64,000 nt of DNA, from the NCBI GenBank assembly GCA_018818405.1, contig JAHIRY010000017.1:7563-71562 (forward strand), in the 5' to 3' direction. The notes beneath the pieces are model-generated. The model was given only the letters and a program-made list of their open reading frames with translations. It searched no databases and was not told the origin of the DNA. This document shows, piece by piece, positions 18,591 through 28,471 of this stretch. Within the stretch, counting starts at the first letter, position 1, and each line of letters starts with the position of its first letter. This DNA is from Patescibacteria group bacterium. GTDB taxonomy: Bacteria; Patescibacteriota; Patescibacteriia; UBA11705; JABHMO01. The translations under genes were made by a program, and so were the position numbers.

Positions 18591-18619
18591 TTGACAAAAT
18601 TCAATTATCAAGCTATCAT
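18591..18619 (+). promoter_or_regulatory. Sigma70-like promoter (TTGACA-17-TATCAT) followed by a tandem direct repeat TCGGCCATAT x2 (18631..18650) and a strong SD AAGGAGG
   Basis: Read directly: TTGACAaaattcaattatcaagcTATCAT, then tctcggccatattcggccatat, then aaggagggggaaATG. Confidence 0.5.
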
Positions 18620-18662
18620 ATAAAATCGTCTCGGCCATATTCGGCCATATAAGGAGGGGGAA

Positions 18663-19001
18663 ATGTCTAGAATCCTTTTCGTCGACGATTGCGAAGACAC
18701 TTTGGAAATTTACAAAATGCTGTTCGAGCAGGACGGCCGGGAGATTTTCACTGAAATCAATCCGGAAATTGCGTTAAATCGAATTCTTTCGGAAAATTTC
18801 GATCTTGTTGTCACTGATCATGAAATGCCGGGAATGACCGGAGAAGAATTGATCAAAAAAGTTCATTCTGAAAATCCGAATCTTCCATTTATCATGGTTT
18901 CCGGCAATCCGCCGGAAGAAGCTCTTGATTGTCTCGTTTTTTTGAAGCCGGTTTCCATTGAATCGCTTGAAAACGCGATCAAGCGACTTCTCAACGAATA
19001 A
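18663..19001 (+). CDS. Single-domain response regulator (CheY-like receiver)
   Basis: ILFVDDCEDTLEIYKMLF...DLVVTDHEMPGMTGEELIKK...: receiver-domain acidic pocket and phospho-acceptor Asp. No output domain. Confidence 0.75.
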   Translation: MSRILFVDDCEDTLEIYKMLFEQDGREIFTEINPEIALNRILSENFDLVVTDHEMPGMTGEELIKKVHSENPNLPFIMVSGNPPEEALDCLVFLKPVSIESLENAIKRLLNE

Positions 19002-19093
19002 AACCCGAACAGCGGTTCTCCGCGGAGAATCGCTGTATTTAATTTCAAATTTTGATATAATTAACAAAACATCAAAGTTTATTTTAATCATTA

Positions 19094-19453
19094 ATGAAAA
19101 AATTTATGTCGCCGATAATCTGCGTGGATGATCAAATGGGAATAATGCAGGATCGCTATACTGCTATTTGTGAATTTCTGGGCGGAAAATGTCTTTACTT
19201 TGAAAATCCGGAAAAAGCGCTCGAAGAAATAAAAAAAGGCGTTGAAGTTGAATTGGTAATATCTGATTTTACTTTGCCTGAAATGAACGGAAACGAGTTG
19301 ATTGAAAAAATTAAAAAGTTCAATCCTGAAATCAAATGCGTTATTTTTTCCGCCTCTCCGCCCGCACAAAGTCCGGCTGACGCTGTTTTCCAAAAGGCGA
19401 GTGGCGACAGACTCAAGGAAATCGCCGAAGAAATCAAAAAAATGCTAAATTAA
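19094..19453 (+). CDS. Single-domain response regulator (CheY-like receiver), second copy
   Basis: ICVDDQMG...ELVISDFTLPEMNGNELIEKIKK...: receiver-domain pattern. Distant paralog of 18663..19001. Confidence 0.7.
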   Translation: MKKFMSPIICVDDQMGIMQDRYTAICEFLGGKCLYFENPEKALEEIKKGVEVELVISDFTLPEMNGNELIEKIKKFNPEIKCVIFSASPPAQSPADAVFQKASGDRLKEIAEEIKKMLN

Positions 19454-19458
19454 GAAAT

Positions 19459-19505
19459 TAGAGCAATGGAATCGGCCATTGCTCTTTTCTCTCTCTTTTT
19501 GTTAT
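19459..19505 (+). terminator. Intrinsic terminator
   Basis: AGAGCAATGGaatcggCCATTGCTCT followed by TTTCTCTCTCTTTTT. Confidence 0.55.
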
Positions 19506-19535
19506 AATGAACATAGAAAAATTAATTGTTTTTTT

Positions 19536-20072
19536 ATGAATTTTAATGATAGCGAAAAAAGGGAATTGCTGGCTTTCGCGAGGCGAGTTCTCGAAAAAAT
19601 TGTCAAAGAAGGCGACAAATTGGAAGAAGAATGCCTTGATTCTCATTTTATGCAAACTGCGGGCGTTTATGTTTTCCTGTATCAAAACAATGAAACCGTC
19701 GGTTTTGCCGGCTATGTCATTCCAACGGTTTCAATCTGGGACGCGATAGCGGAAAATGTAATTTCCGCCGGCACGCACAATCTGGGGAAAAGCGATATTT
19801 TGCCGGAAGATCTGGCTGGCATCAAAATTGAAATCGCGATTTTATCAGTGCCGAAAGAATGCTCATTCGAAGAAATTGAAGAAAACAAAGATGGTGTAAT
19901 CGTGGAACAAGGCCGATACAAAGCCACTTTTCCGCCGCAATTCTGGAAAGAATTTCCAGCCAAAGAAGAATTCCTAACCAATCTCTGCGAAAAAGCGAAA
20001 ATCGAGCCTGACGCGTGGAAGAACTTTTCAACAAAATTATACAAGTATGGAGCAATTATCTTTAATGAGTAA
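19536..20072 (+). CDS. AMMECR1-domain protein
   Basis: HGVIVEQGRYKATFPPQFW and IEIAILSVP resemble AMMECR1 conserved blocks (HGL....G..GTfLPQVw; LevSVLt). Core Gly motif is divergent (ETVGFAG rather than LRGCIG). Track ORF 19479..20072; the internal Met MNFNDSEKR is the preferred start. Confidence 0.55.
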   Translation: MNFNDSEKRELLAFARRVLEKIVKEGDKLEEECLDSHFMQTAGVYVFLYQNNETVGFAGYVIPTVSIWDAIAENVISAGTHNLGKSDILPEDLAGIKIEIAILSVPKECSFEEIEENKDGVIVEQGRYKATFPPQFWKEFPAKEEFLTNLCEKAKIEPDAWKNFSTKLYKYGAIIFNE

Positions 20073-20091
20073 TCTTTCTTCAAAAAAAACT

Positions 20092-21033
20092 ATGAAAAAC
20101 AATTATATCAAAGATTTGCAATTCAAGGACAAATTGAGTGCAGAACAATTTGCGGTGAAAAATGTGAAAAACGGAAAAACAGCCAATGGCCGCGATTTTA
20201 TGGATTTGATTCTGGTAGACTGGACAGGGGAAATAACCGCGAAAATCTGGGAAGACGCTCTGCCGAATTGCGCGGTTCCAAAGGTTGGCGAGATTGTTGA
20301 AATAAACGGAACAGTGGAAGAATTTCGAGACAAACAGCAATTAAAAATAACTTTTTTGCAAAAAGCGGAAAAATACGATTTGGCGGATTTTCTGCCGAAA
20401 ACGGAAAAAAACATTGAAGAAATGTGGCAAACGGTTCAACAAAAAATAAACGGCATTGAGGACAAGAAAATTAAAGAATTGCTGAAATATTTTTTTGATG
20501 ACAATGAATTGGCCGAAAAATTCAAACAAGCTCCGGCAGCTGAAATGATTCATCACGCTTATGTCGGAGGACTGCTGGATCATTCGTTGGAAATGCTGAC
20601 AATCGCCGAAAGCGTGCAAACCGTTTTTCCGAATTTGAACAATGATTTGCTGACTTGCGGAATTTTGCTTCATGATATCGGAAAGTTGGATGAGCTGGCA
20701 ATGAATCACGTGATTTATCGCACGATTGAAGGAAATTTGCATGGACATATCAGCATCGGCGCGATCATGGTCGGCAAGGCGATCGAAAAAATCGGAAATA
20801 TGAAAGTCGAAACAGCCAATCAAATTATTCATATGATTCTGAGTCATCATGGAGAATTGGAATTCGGCAGTCCGGTAAAACCAATGACAAGAGAAGCGCT
20901 GGCTCTTCACTTTCTGGACAATCTTTCGACAAAAGTGAAAGTCGCTGACAAAATAATTTCCGATAATCAAAATAATGACGCTGATTTTTCCGAGAAAAAT
21001 TTCGCACTTAATTCCAGAGTGTATTTGAAATAA
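20092..21033 (+). CDS. 3'-5' exoribonuclease YhaM-like (OB-fold + HD phosphohydrolase)
   Basis: N-terminal OB-fold segment (KDKLSAEQFAVKNVKNGKTANGRDFMDLILVDWTGEITAKIWED), then HD domain (HHAYVGGLLDHSLEM...GILLHDIGKLDE...HHGELEFGSPV). Track ORF 20047..21033. Confidence 0.7.
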   Translation: MKNNYIKDLQFKDKLSAEQFAVKNVKNGKTANGRDFMDLILVDWTGEITAKIWEDALPNCAVPKVGEIVEINGTVEEFRDKQQLKITFLQKAEKYDLADFLPKTEKNIEEMWQTVQQKINGIEDKKIKELLKYFFDDNELAEKFKQAPAAEMIHHAYVGGLLDHSLEMLTIAESVQTVFPNLNNDLLTCGILLHDIGKLDELAMNHVIYRTIEGNLHGHISIGAIMVGKAIEKIGNMKVETANQIIHMILSHHGELEFGSPVKPMTREALALHFLDNLSTKVKVADKIISDNQNNDADFSEKNFALNSRVYLK

Positions 21034-21035
21034 CT

Positions 21036-22250
21036 ATGCCTGACATTTTCGGTTATGAAAATGAAAAATTGAACATCATCATGCTGAACATGTCAACTTT
21101 TTATGATTGGGAGCATGGAATTTCCAATCGCAATTTGAATATTCTCCGTTCGCTCGAAAAGAACGAACAAATAAACAAAATAATCGCGGTTGATTTCCTG
21201 CCGATGAATTTCCGCAAAGCGGTAAAACATTATTATCAAAATATTTTAAAACAAATACGAACATCGGAAATTGTTTTCGGAGATTTGACGAGCGCGTGTT
21301 ATCAAAAGACGGCCAAAGTTTTCGCTTACACAACGGTTGATTCGATTTTTTCCATGAATATTGTTGTGAAGGAATTGAAAAAAATAATCAAGCGAATGAA
21401 TTTGCAAAATGTAATCATCTGGTCGTACAATCCCATGTTCATTGATTTTATCGGCCGATTGGACGAAAAATTGTTTGTATTCGACACTGTGGACAATTGG
21501 TCTGAACATCCGGGCTACACAAAATTGCTGGCAAAGGAAAAACTTCTGGCCAATTATCGAAAAATCGCGCAGGAAGCTGATGTTATTTTCACGGTTTCCG
21601 AAGAATTGCTGGCGTTTTATGAAAAGATGAACCGCACGCACGATGTTTCCTGGATTCCGAACGGAGTGGATTTGGAACATTTCACAAATATTGAAAACTT
21701 GGAAAAAGAAAATGAATTAACGAAAATCGGAAAACCCATAATCGGTTATCTGGGAACGATTCAGGACAGAATCGACTTTGATCTCATTGCCGAGATCGCG
21801 AGAGAACATCAGGACAAAATAATCGCGCTTTGCGGTCCGGTCTGGGCGACTGTGCAAAAGGAAGTTGATGAAAAATTGAAAAAATTCGACAATATAATTT
21901 TCACCGGAAGAGTGGCTCTGGAAAATGCGCCGAGCTATATCACTCAATTCAGCGTTGCGATAATTCCGCACAAGATCGACGCATTCATAAAATCAACCAA
22001 TCCAATGAAAATGTACGAATATCTCGCCTGCGGCAAGCCGATAGTTTCGACCGAAGGAGCGGGGATTGATATGTTTTCCGATTTTATTTATATCGCTAAA
22101 AATAATTCTCAATTCATTCAATATATCGAGCAAGCGATTTCCGATGATTCCTTCGGCAAACAATCGCTGAGAAAAGAAATTCTAAAAGAACATACTTGGG
22201 AAAAAAGAACGGAGCGAATGATGTTAGAAATAAATGAAAAATTAAAATAA
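21036..22250 (+). CDS. Glycosyltransferase family 1 (GT4-type)
   Basis: C-terminal ...NPMKMYEYLACGKPIVSTEGAGID... typical of the GT1 family. Confidence 0.75.
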   Translation: MPDIFGYENEKLNIIMLNMSTFYDWEHGISNRNLNILRSLEKNEQINKIIAVDFLPMNFRKAVKHYYQNILKQIRTSEIVFGDLTSACYQKTAKVFAYTTVDSIFSMNIVVKELKKIIKRMNLQNVIIWSYNPMFIDFIGRLDEKLFVFDTVDNWSEHPGYTKLLAKEKLLANYRKIAQEADVIFTVSEELLAFYEKMNRTHDVSWIPNGVDLEHFTNIENLEKENELTKIGKPIIGYLGTIQDRIDFDLIAEIAREHQDKIIALCGPVWATVQKEVDEKLKKFDNIIFTGRVALENAPSYITQFSVAIIPHKIDAFIKSTNPMKMYEYLACGKPIVSTEGAGIDMFSDFIYIAKNNSQFIQYIEQAISDDSFGKQSLRKEILKEHTWEKRTERMMLEINEKLK

Positions 22251-22283
22251 AAAAAGTTCGGCTGCGTTGCAGTCGAACCGAAT
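22251..22283. terminator. Bidirectional hairpin terminator (repeat copy 1: AAAAAGTTCGGCTGCGTTGCAGTCGAAC)
   Basis: 10-bp stem with one mismatch and GTT loop, flanked by an A-run and (on the minus strand) a T-run. Nearly the same hairpin recurs at 22774..22803. Confidence 0.55.
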
Positions 22284-22300
22284 CATTTGCGTTCAGCCGG

Positions 22301-22681
22301 CTATTTTTTCAAGGAAAAAACTTTTCTATCCCAGACAAAGAATTCATTATCACCGGTTGTCATATTGAAGACGAATTCGCCGAGAGGTGTTTTTCTCGCC
22401 AGATTTATTCGTCTGAAAATTGGAACTCGCATTCTTTCAGCTGATTCCGACAGAAAAAACTGAGCGCTGTTGACATCATTGAATATGACACTCGTCATGG
22501 AATATATTTCCGTTGCATCGATCATAGTTGTCTGTTCGCCGGTGGCAAGACTTGCCACATGGACTACATTGGGAAATTCCGTATCCTCCTGAATTCTCAT
22601 GAAGGCTTCTGCTGACTTCCCCGGTCGGACATCCCTTCCGCTGACAAAACAATGCGAATTCTCGAGCATTTTGAGCTGCAT
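22301..22681 (-). CDS. Hypothetical protein, tandem paralog A
   Basis: 126 aa. Shares the block GRDVRPGKSAEAF / TKDVNPGVSASVY with 22816..23193. No known domain recognised. Confidence 0.45.
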   Translation of the reverse strand: MQLKMLENSHCFVSGRDVRPGKSAEAFMRIQEDTEFPNVVHVASLATGEQTTMIDATEIYSMTSVIFNDVNSAQFFLSESAERMRVPIFRRINLARKTPLGEFVFNMTTGDNEFFVWDRKVFSLKK

Positions 22682-22773
22682 TACGACCTCCTTGCGCGAG
22701 TGACGAGCGTTATAAGATAATAAAATATGATTGAAATTTTGTCAATCCTTGAATTTTTTACTCTTGTGAAAAT

Positions 22774-22803
22774 AAAAAAAGCCCGACTGCGTTGCAATCG
22801 GAC
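22774..22803 (-). terminator. Hairpin terminator (repeat copy 2: CCGACTGCGTTGCAATCGG) after paralog B
   Basis: Same GCGTTGCA-loop hairpin as at 22256..22278. T-run on the minus strand. Confidence 0.5.
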
Positions 22804-22815
22804 AATCAATTGGAT

Positions 22816-23193
22816 CTATCGGGAAAAAGCCAGAACTTCCGTCTCTGACCGGAAAAGAGCGTAAACTCCCTCGGAAAAATTCCATGCGTTTCTCACGCCA
22901 GCGTTTGTTTTCTCTTTCGACAACTTTCTGAAAAGCGAAGCCGCTTCATGATTTGCAACGACCGACAGCGGTACGAACATTTGCGAATGCTTGACTTCTT
23001 TGAAATTCATTCTTTTCAATGGGAAAACTATAACGCCGCCGAGCATAGCTTCCATTATTCCGTTTGACTGATTTTCAGAGAGAAACCATTTTCCTGAAAT
23101 CTCAAAGAACCGATACACGCTCGCGCTCACTCCCGGATTAACATCTTTCGTTTTGATAAAATAATCTTTAACGGAAAGCTTACGGATTTCCAT
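22816..23193 (-). CDS. Hypothetical protein, tandem paralog B
   Basis: 125 aa. Paralog of 22301..22681. Confidence 0.45.
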   Translation of the reverse strand: MEIRKLSVKDYFIKTKDVNPGVSASVYRFFEISGKWFLSENQSNGIMEAMLGGVIVFPLKRMNFKEVKHSQMFVPLSVVANHEAASLFRKLSKEKTNAGVRNAWNFSEGVYALFRSETEVLAFSR

Positions 23194-23334
23194 TTTTCAC
23201 CTCCCTGAACGCATTGAATCTTAATATAAATTAGCACAACAGATTTGATCTGTCAACCGTAATAAATCGGGTATAATAAAGCAAAAGGCACAAGTATAAT
23301 AGAGTTATAGGAAAAAAACATAACTCAAAAACTT

Positions 23335-24153
23335 ATGCCTAATGCAAAAGCATTATCTCAGTTTCCCAACGAAAAACAAGTTTTGAGGGAACTGCAAAGA
23401 ATTATTTTTGGAAAACATGTTAAATGTCCGCATTGCCAGCGGCAAATATATGTGATTGAGTTAAAAAAAAATCGGCTGTGGCGTTGCCGAAAATGCCGTA
23501 AAAGATTTAGTATTACCAGCGTAAATTGGTTGAAGGGCATGAAGATTTCCGGAACAAAATTATGGATGTTGGTATGGTGCTGGCAACAAAAATTGGGAGT
23601 GCTTCAAGTCTCGGGTTTGTGCTTAACATCCATTCCGACGATTCGAAGATACTATGAGCTATTTCGTGATAATTTACAAATAAATTGTGATGATATTATT
23701 CTCGAAGGCATAGTGCAAATGGATGAAATGTTTGTTAAAGGAGCTTTCATTTTAGGAGCAAAAGACATTATACGAAAACGAATTAAAATGAATGTGGTGT
23801 TTAAGAAATCACCTGAAAAACATGATGCTATGAATATGATATTTCAACATGTAAAACCCGGTTCAACTTTATTTACCGACGGCAGTAAGATTTATCGGAA
23901 AAGTGAAGATTGGTGGCCGATTACGCATAAATCCGAATGTCACAGTAAATTTGAGTTTAGTCAGACTTCGGAAGTGGAAGGAATGTGGGGCGTTCTCAGG
24001 ACTTTTATCAGAAGAATGTATCATCATGTCACACTGAAAAAATTGGTCAAAATTATCGCTGAATTTGAAGCCCGTTTTTCATTCAAAGAATTATTCAAAT
24101 ATGCGCTTAATTTCCTTAAAAACTCATTATCCTCTGTTCCTCTTGCTTTCTAA
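23335..24153 (+). mobile_element. IS1595-family (ISXO2-like) transposase gene
   Basis: N-terminal transposase zinc ribbon (CPHCQRQIYVIELKKNRLWRCRKCRKRFS), then ISXO2-like DDE region (VQMDEMFV...LFTDGSKIYRK...). 272 aa. Terminal inverted repeats not identified by eye. Confidence 0.7.
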
Positions 24154-24187
24154 TACCCAATAAATCAAGAACAATTTTAAAAAAAAT

Positions 24188-25078
24188 ATGAAATTATCAA
24201 TCATTACTGTAAACTGGAATGTGTGCGACCTGTTGTCAAAACTGCTGGATTCGATTTCTTATTTTACCGCCGGAATTGATTATGAAGTGATTGTTGTTGA
24301 CAATGATTCGAAAGACGGATCAGCGGAGCATTTGAAATCCAGATATGCAGACCGGATCGAATCCGGCAAATTGAAAATCATTGAAAATAAATACAACGCC
24401 GGATTCGCCAAAGCGAACAATCAAGGCTTGCATGCGGCAAAAGGGGAATATGTTCTTTTCATGAATCCGGACATGGAACTCCTGGAAAACAGCTTTCCAA
24501 TGCTCGTTGATTTCATGGACGGACACGAACATTGCGGGATTTGCACCTGCAAACTGCTGTACAAAGACAAACAGCTCCAGCCGAATGTGAAGGGTTCGCC
24601 GACTTTGTGCAGTCAAATCTTAATTCTTTTGAAATCGCATCATTTTTTGTCTGACATTACATGTCTGAAAAAATATTTGATGAAAGATTTTAATTATGAA
24701 AAACAGGCTGATGTCGATCAAGTCATGGGCGCGTTTGTGTTTACCAGAAAAAATCTGATGGATTCCATTTCCGGCTGGGATGAGGATTATTGGCTGATGT
24801 GGGAAGATGTCGAGCTCTGCGCAAAAGTGAAAAATCTCGGATATGATATAATTTATTCACCGGCGACCGCTGTCATTCATTATGAAAGCAAATCTTTCGA
24901 ACAAGTGCCGAGTCTCAAAAAACAAAAAAGATTCAATCGCGGAATGCTGATTTATTTCAAAAAGCATCAACCGTTCATCAAATACTTTATTTTAATTTTA
25001 TTCCAGCCGATCAGCTTTTTGCTCGCGGCCATTACACAATTATTAAAAATTAAACAGCGCCCGCAGTCGCGCATTTGA
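24188..25078 (+). CDS. Glycosyltransferase family 2
   Basis: MKLSIITVNWNVCDLLSKLLDSI...YEVIVVDNDSKDGS...YNAGFAKANNQG: GT2 (rhamnosyltransferase-like) motifs. Confidence 0.8.
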   Translation: MKLSIITVNWNVCDLLSKLLDSISYFTAGIDYEVIVVDNDSKDGSAEHLKSRYADRIESGKLKIIENKYNAGFAKANNQGLHAAKGEYVLFMNPDMELLENSFPMLVDFMDGHEHCGICTCKLLYKDKQLQPNVKGSPTLCSQILILLKSHHFLSDITCLKKYLMKDFNYEKQADVDQVMGAFVFTRKNLMDSISGWDEDYWLMWEDVELCAKVKNLGYDIIYSPATAVIHYESKSFEQVPSLKKQKRFNRGMLIYFKKHQPFIKYFILILFQPISFLLAAITQLLKIKQRPQSRI

Positions 25079-25533
25079 AAATTATGCTCATTATCACAAA
25101 CAATCGATTTGATCTGCAGTCAACCGTTGATGTACTCAATCATGACAAACTTCTGCCGGATCTGCTCGAAGCGATTGAAGATTACATTATCAACAGCAAA
25201 GTTGAAGCGGTAATAAACGGAGTGAGAACTCATGTCATGCATGTTTCGGGATTTGCGCAAACGCATCATTTGAATTTGGCGAAATATCTCAATTCCCATG
25301 TCTTGCATGGATACAGCGCGCGAGCGAATATGGCAAAAGGGCATTTTGCCAATTTTCCGCTCCTGCACTATTGGCTGGAAATCGAAAACATGATTTTGGA
25401 TATCGCGATCAGGCAATTCATCGGCAAACCGATTGATTTTCCCGAGCTCATGATTCCGCTCCTCGAACGGCATTGCTTCATTTCCGACAACGAACAAAAT
25501 TTCATTTATCGCCAATATCGGAAAATCCGATGA
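25075..25533 (+). CDS. Hypothetical protein, translationally coupled to flanking glycan genes
   Basis: ATGA overlaps at both ends (25075 and 25530). No recognisable domain. Confidence 0.4.
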   Translation: MKIMLIITNNRFDLQSTVDVLNHDKLLPDLLEAIEDYIINSKVEAVINGVRTHVMHVSGFAQTHHLNLAKYLNSHVLHGYSARANMAKGHFANFPLLHYWLEIENMILDIAIRQFIGKPIDFPELMIPLLERHCFISDNEQNFIYRQYRKIR

Positions 25534-27038
25534 AAAAAATATCAACTCAGGGAAAATATTTTCGTCTGACATCGCTCTTCATTCTTTTGGCTGAATTGCT
25601 TTCTTTTTTTTGTTATTCGCTGAACAATTTTATTGATCTGTATTCAATCGCGTTTGCATTGATTGTTTTGCTCGTTTTTGCCGTCAGCCTGAAAAATCCC
25701 GAATACGGTTTGTTCGCCGCTCTGACAGAACTTTTCATCGGATCAAAAGGCCAGCTTTTCAGCGCAAACATTTTCGGCGCAACCGTTTCAATCCGCATTG
25801 GAATATTTTGCGCGGTTCTAATCGCTTGGATTATTTTCGCGATCAGAAAAGGATTGCTCAAACAAGTAAAACAAATTTTTATTGAAAACAAAATATTGAT
25901 TGTGTTATCGGCAGTTTCCATTTTCGCGGTAGCAATGGCATTGTTCAGAGGTAATTCGCCGACAAATATTTTTTTTGATTTTAACGCGTGGCTGTATTTC
26001 TTGTACATATTTCCTTTACTGACAATTTTCAAAAAACCCGAACAACTAAAAACGCTTTTCCAAATTTTCACCGCTTCAGTCGCTTCGGTTGCAATCAAAT
26101 CATTGATCTTTCTCTATATTTTCTCGCACAATTTTCCGATCATTATTGATTTTTACAAATGGGGGAGAGACACGCGCTGGGGCGAGTTCACGCTTGTTTC
26201 CGGAAATTTTTTTCGCATTTTTTCCCAAGCGCAAATTTTCGCTTTGCTCGGATGCTGTATTTTAATCGGCTATATTATTTTCAAAGAAAAATTTAATTTT
26301 AAAAAAGATTGGTCATATCTGATTGTTATATTGCTGTCAGCGTCAACAATAATTCTCAGCCTTTCGCGCAGTTTCTGGCTCAGCCTGGCCGGCGCTGCTG
26401 CTCTTTTAACTTTTTTCTTTTGGAAATATAAATTTTCATTCAAACGAATAGCCATAAATTTCTCCGGAATAATTTGTCTTGTTGTTTTGGCGATTTTGCT
26501 TGTGTTGGGAATTGTAAACTTTCCTTTGCCAAAAGTTATGTCAGCTGATTCGTCATCGCTCCTCAAAAGCCGGCTGAATATGGATGAATCAGCCGTATCA
26601 TCGCGCCAAAGCCAGCTTTTGCCGCTCTTGCAAGGAATTAAAACTCATCCGGTTGTCGGATCCGGCTGGGGAACGACTGTCACTTATGAAAGTTCTGATC
26701 CGCGCATAAAAACGATTGACAATCCGCTAGGAAAATACACGACTTATTCTTTTGAACTCGGTTATCTGGACATGATTTTAAAAATAGGAATTTTCGGAGT
26801 TCTGGTTTATTTGATTTTCATCTGGTCCATCGCCCGAAAAATTTTTCTTGTCTGGAACAAAAAAACAGACCGCTCAAATCGCGCCCTGCTCGCCGGCTTG
26901 TCCCTCGGATTGGCCGCGCTGGTCATTGTTCATATATTCAGTCCGTATTTGAATCATCCGTTGGGAATCGGCTATTTGCTGTTAATTCTGGTTTTCGTTC
27001 AACTTATTTCTACTGCAAATTCAATCAGTTTAGAATAG
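25530..27038 (+). CDS. O-antigen ligase / Wzy-like polytopic membrane protein
   Basis: About 11 predicted TM helices and the RSFWLSLAGAAALL periplasmic-loop motif typical of the O-antigen ligase (Wzy_C) family. Track ORF 25473..27038; the preferred start MKKISTQGKYF overlaps the upstream stop. Confidence 0.6.
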   Translation: MKKISTQGKYFRLTSLFILLAELLSFFCYSLNNFIDLYSIAFALIVLLVFAVSLKNPEYGLFAALTELFIGSKGQLFSANIFGATVSIRIGIFCAVLIAWIIFAIRKGLLKQVKQIFIENKILIVLSAVSIFAVAMALFRGNSPTNIFFDFNAWLYFLYIFPLLTIFKKPEQLKTLFQIFTASVASVAIKSLIFLYIFSHNFPIIIDFYKWGRDTRWGEFTLVSGNFFRIFSQAQIFALLGCCILIGYIIFKEKFNFKKDWSYLIVILLSASTIILSLSRSFWLSLAGAAALLTFFFWKYKFSFKRIAINFSGIICLVVLAILLVLGIVNFPLPKVMSADSSSLLKSRLNMDESAVSSRQSQLLPLLQGIKTHPVVGSGWGTTVTYESSDPRIKTIDNPLGKYTTYSFELGYLDMILKIGIFGVLVYLIFIWSIARKIFLVWNKKTDRSNRALLAGLSLGLAALVIVHIFSPYLNHPLGIGYLLLILVFVQLISTANSISLE

Positions 27039-27972
27039 CGCCGATGAAATTCCGATATCCATTGATGAAATTTTTTATATTGCACTGATTCTTTCCTTCC
27101 AGTTTCAATTCGAGAATTTCAAGATTTCCGCTTCCGCATTTTACAAATACATTTTTATCTTTTTCAAAAGCTTGTCCGATCGCAATTTCTTTTTTTGTCT
27201 CAAACTCCGCCAGCCGGCAAATCATCAGCTCCAATTTTTTTCCGGAAAAAAAAGTATAACTGCCGGGCCATTTTGCAAACGCGCGAATTTGATTATTGAT
27301 TTCCAAGGCGCTTTTGTTCCAATCTATTTTCCCATCTTCTTTTTTTATCTTTCGGCAGAATGTCGCGCTTTCATTATCTTGTTTTTTCAATTCGATCTCA
27401 TTATTCAAATATTGCGGAATTATTTCCGCTAAATATTCCGCGCTTATTTCCGCCAATCTTTTTGACAAGGAAATAAAATTATCAGTCGCATCAATCTCAA
27501 CTTTTTTTTGCGCCAGAATGTCGCCGCTGTCCATTCCTTCATCCATTATAATTATAGTAATTCCCGTTTCTTTTTCATTTTCCATGAGCGCGGTTTGAAT
27601 CGGCGATGCGCCGCGGTATTTCGGCAGAATTGATGGATGAACATTGATGCATTTGTTTGCCGGCAAATCCAATATTTCCGGCGGCAGAATTTTTCCGTAA
27701 GCCGCGACTACAATCAAATCAGGTTTTAATGATTTTATTTTTTCAATGAATGTTTCATCTATTTTTTTCGGCTGAAAACAAAAAACATTATGTTGCTCGG
27801 CAATGATTTTCGTGGGCGGGGGAGCGAGCTTTCTGTTTCTGCCTTGCTGTTTGTCCGGCTCGGTCGCCAAAGCCAAAACATTGAAGTTTTCAATCAGACG
27901 AATAAAAATCGGAACTGAAAATTCCGTTGAACCGAAAAAAATAATTTTTGTTTTTTCATTGTTTGCTTTCAT
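27025..27972 (-). CDS. fmt: Methionyl-tRNA formyltransferase
   Basis: IIFFGSTEFSVPI...VVAAYGKILP...NVHPSILPKYRGASPIQTALMENEKETGITII: Fmt signature. Confidence 0.9.
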   Translation of the reverse strand: MKANNEKTKIIFFGSTEFSVPIFIRLIENFNVLALATEPDKQQGRNRKLAPPPTKIIAEQHNVFCFQPKKIDETFIEKIKSLKPDLIVVAAYGKILPPEILDLPANKCINVHPSILPKYRGASPIQTALMENEKETGITIIIMDEGMDSGDILAQKKVEIDATDNFISLSKRLAEISAEYLAEIIPQYLNNEIELKKQDNESATFCRKIKKEDGKIDWNKSALEINNQIRAFAKWPGSYTFFSGKKLELMICRLAEFETKKEIAIGQAFEKDKNVFVKCGSGNLEILELKLEGKNQCNIKNFINGYRNFIGAILN

Positions 27973-28444
27973 CTTTTTGCTGTTCTGTTTTTGTAAACTT
28001 TTTCACCTTGTCAATGAATAAAATTCCGTCAAGATGATCAGTCTCATGCTGAATCACTCGCGCCATCAATCCATTGGCTGAAATTTTCATTTTTTCTCCT
28101 TCTTTGTTATAAGCTTCAACCACAATTGAAATATTTCTTTTCACCAGTCCGTAAATTCCGGGAATGCTCAGACAACCTTCTTCTCCCATCTCTTTTCGCC
28201 ATGATCTTTTTTTGATTTCAGGATTGATGAATTCCATGACTCCGTCTTTCAAACTTATTACAAAAATACGAACCGTTTGTCCAATTTGCGGAGCGGCCAG
28301 CCCGATTCCGTCTTTTTTTATCATGGTTTCAGTCAAATCAGAAACAAAAGCCTGAATTTCCTTAGACTTTATTTTATCTAAATTTACTTTTCTCGAAATC
28401 TTTCTTAAAGTTGGATCAGGATTGATTAAAACTTTTCTAATCAT
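27956..28444 (-). CDS. def: Peptide deformylase
   Basis: Motifs GIGLAAPQIG, EGCLSIPG and HETDHLDG. Confidence 0.9.
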   Translation of the reverse strand: MIRKVLINPDPTLRKISRKVNLDKIKSKEIQAFVSDLTETMIKKDGIGLAAPQIGQTVRIFVISLKDGVMEFINPEIKKRSWRKEMGEEGCLSIPGIYGLVKRNISIVVEAYNKEGEKMKISANGLMARVIQHETDHLDGILFIDKVKKFTKTEQQKDESKQ

Positions 28445-28471
28445 AAATTTGGTTACATTAAATCCAGCTTA

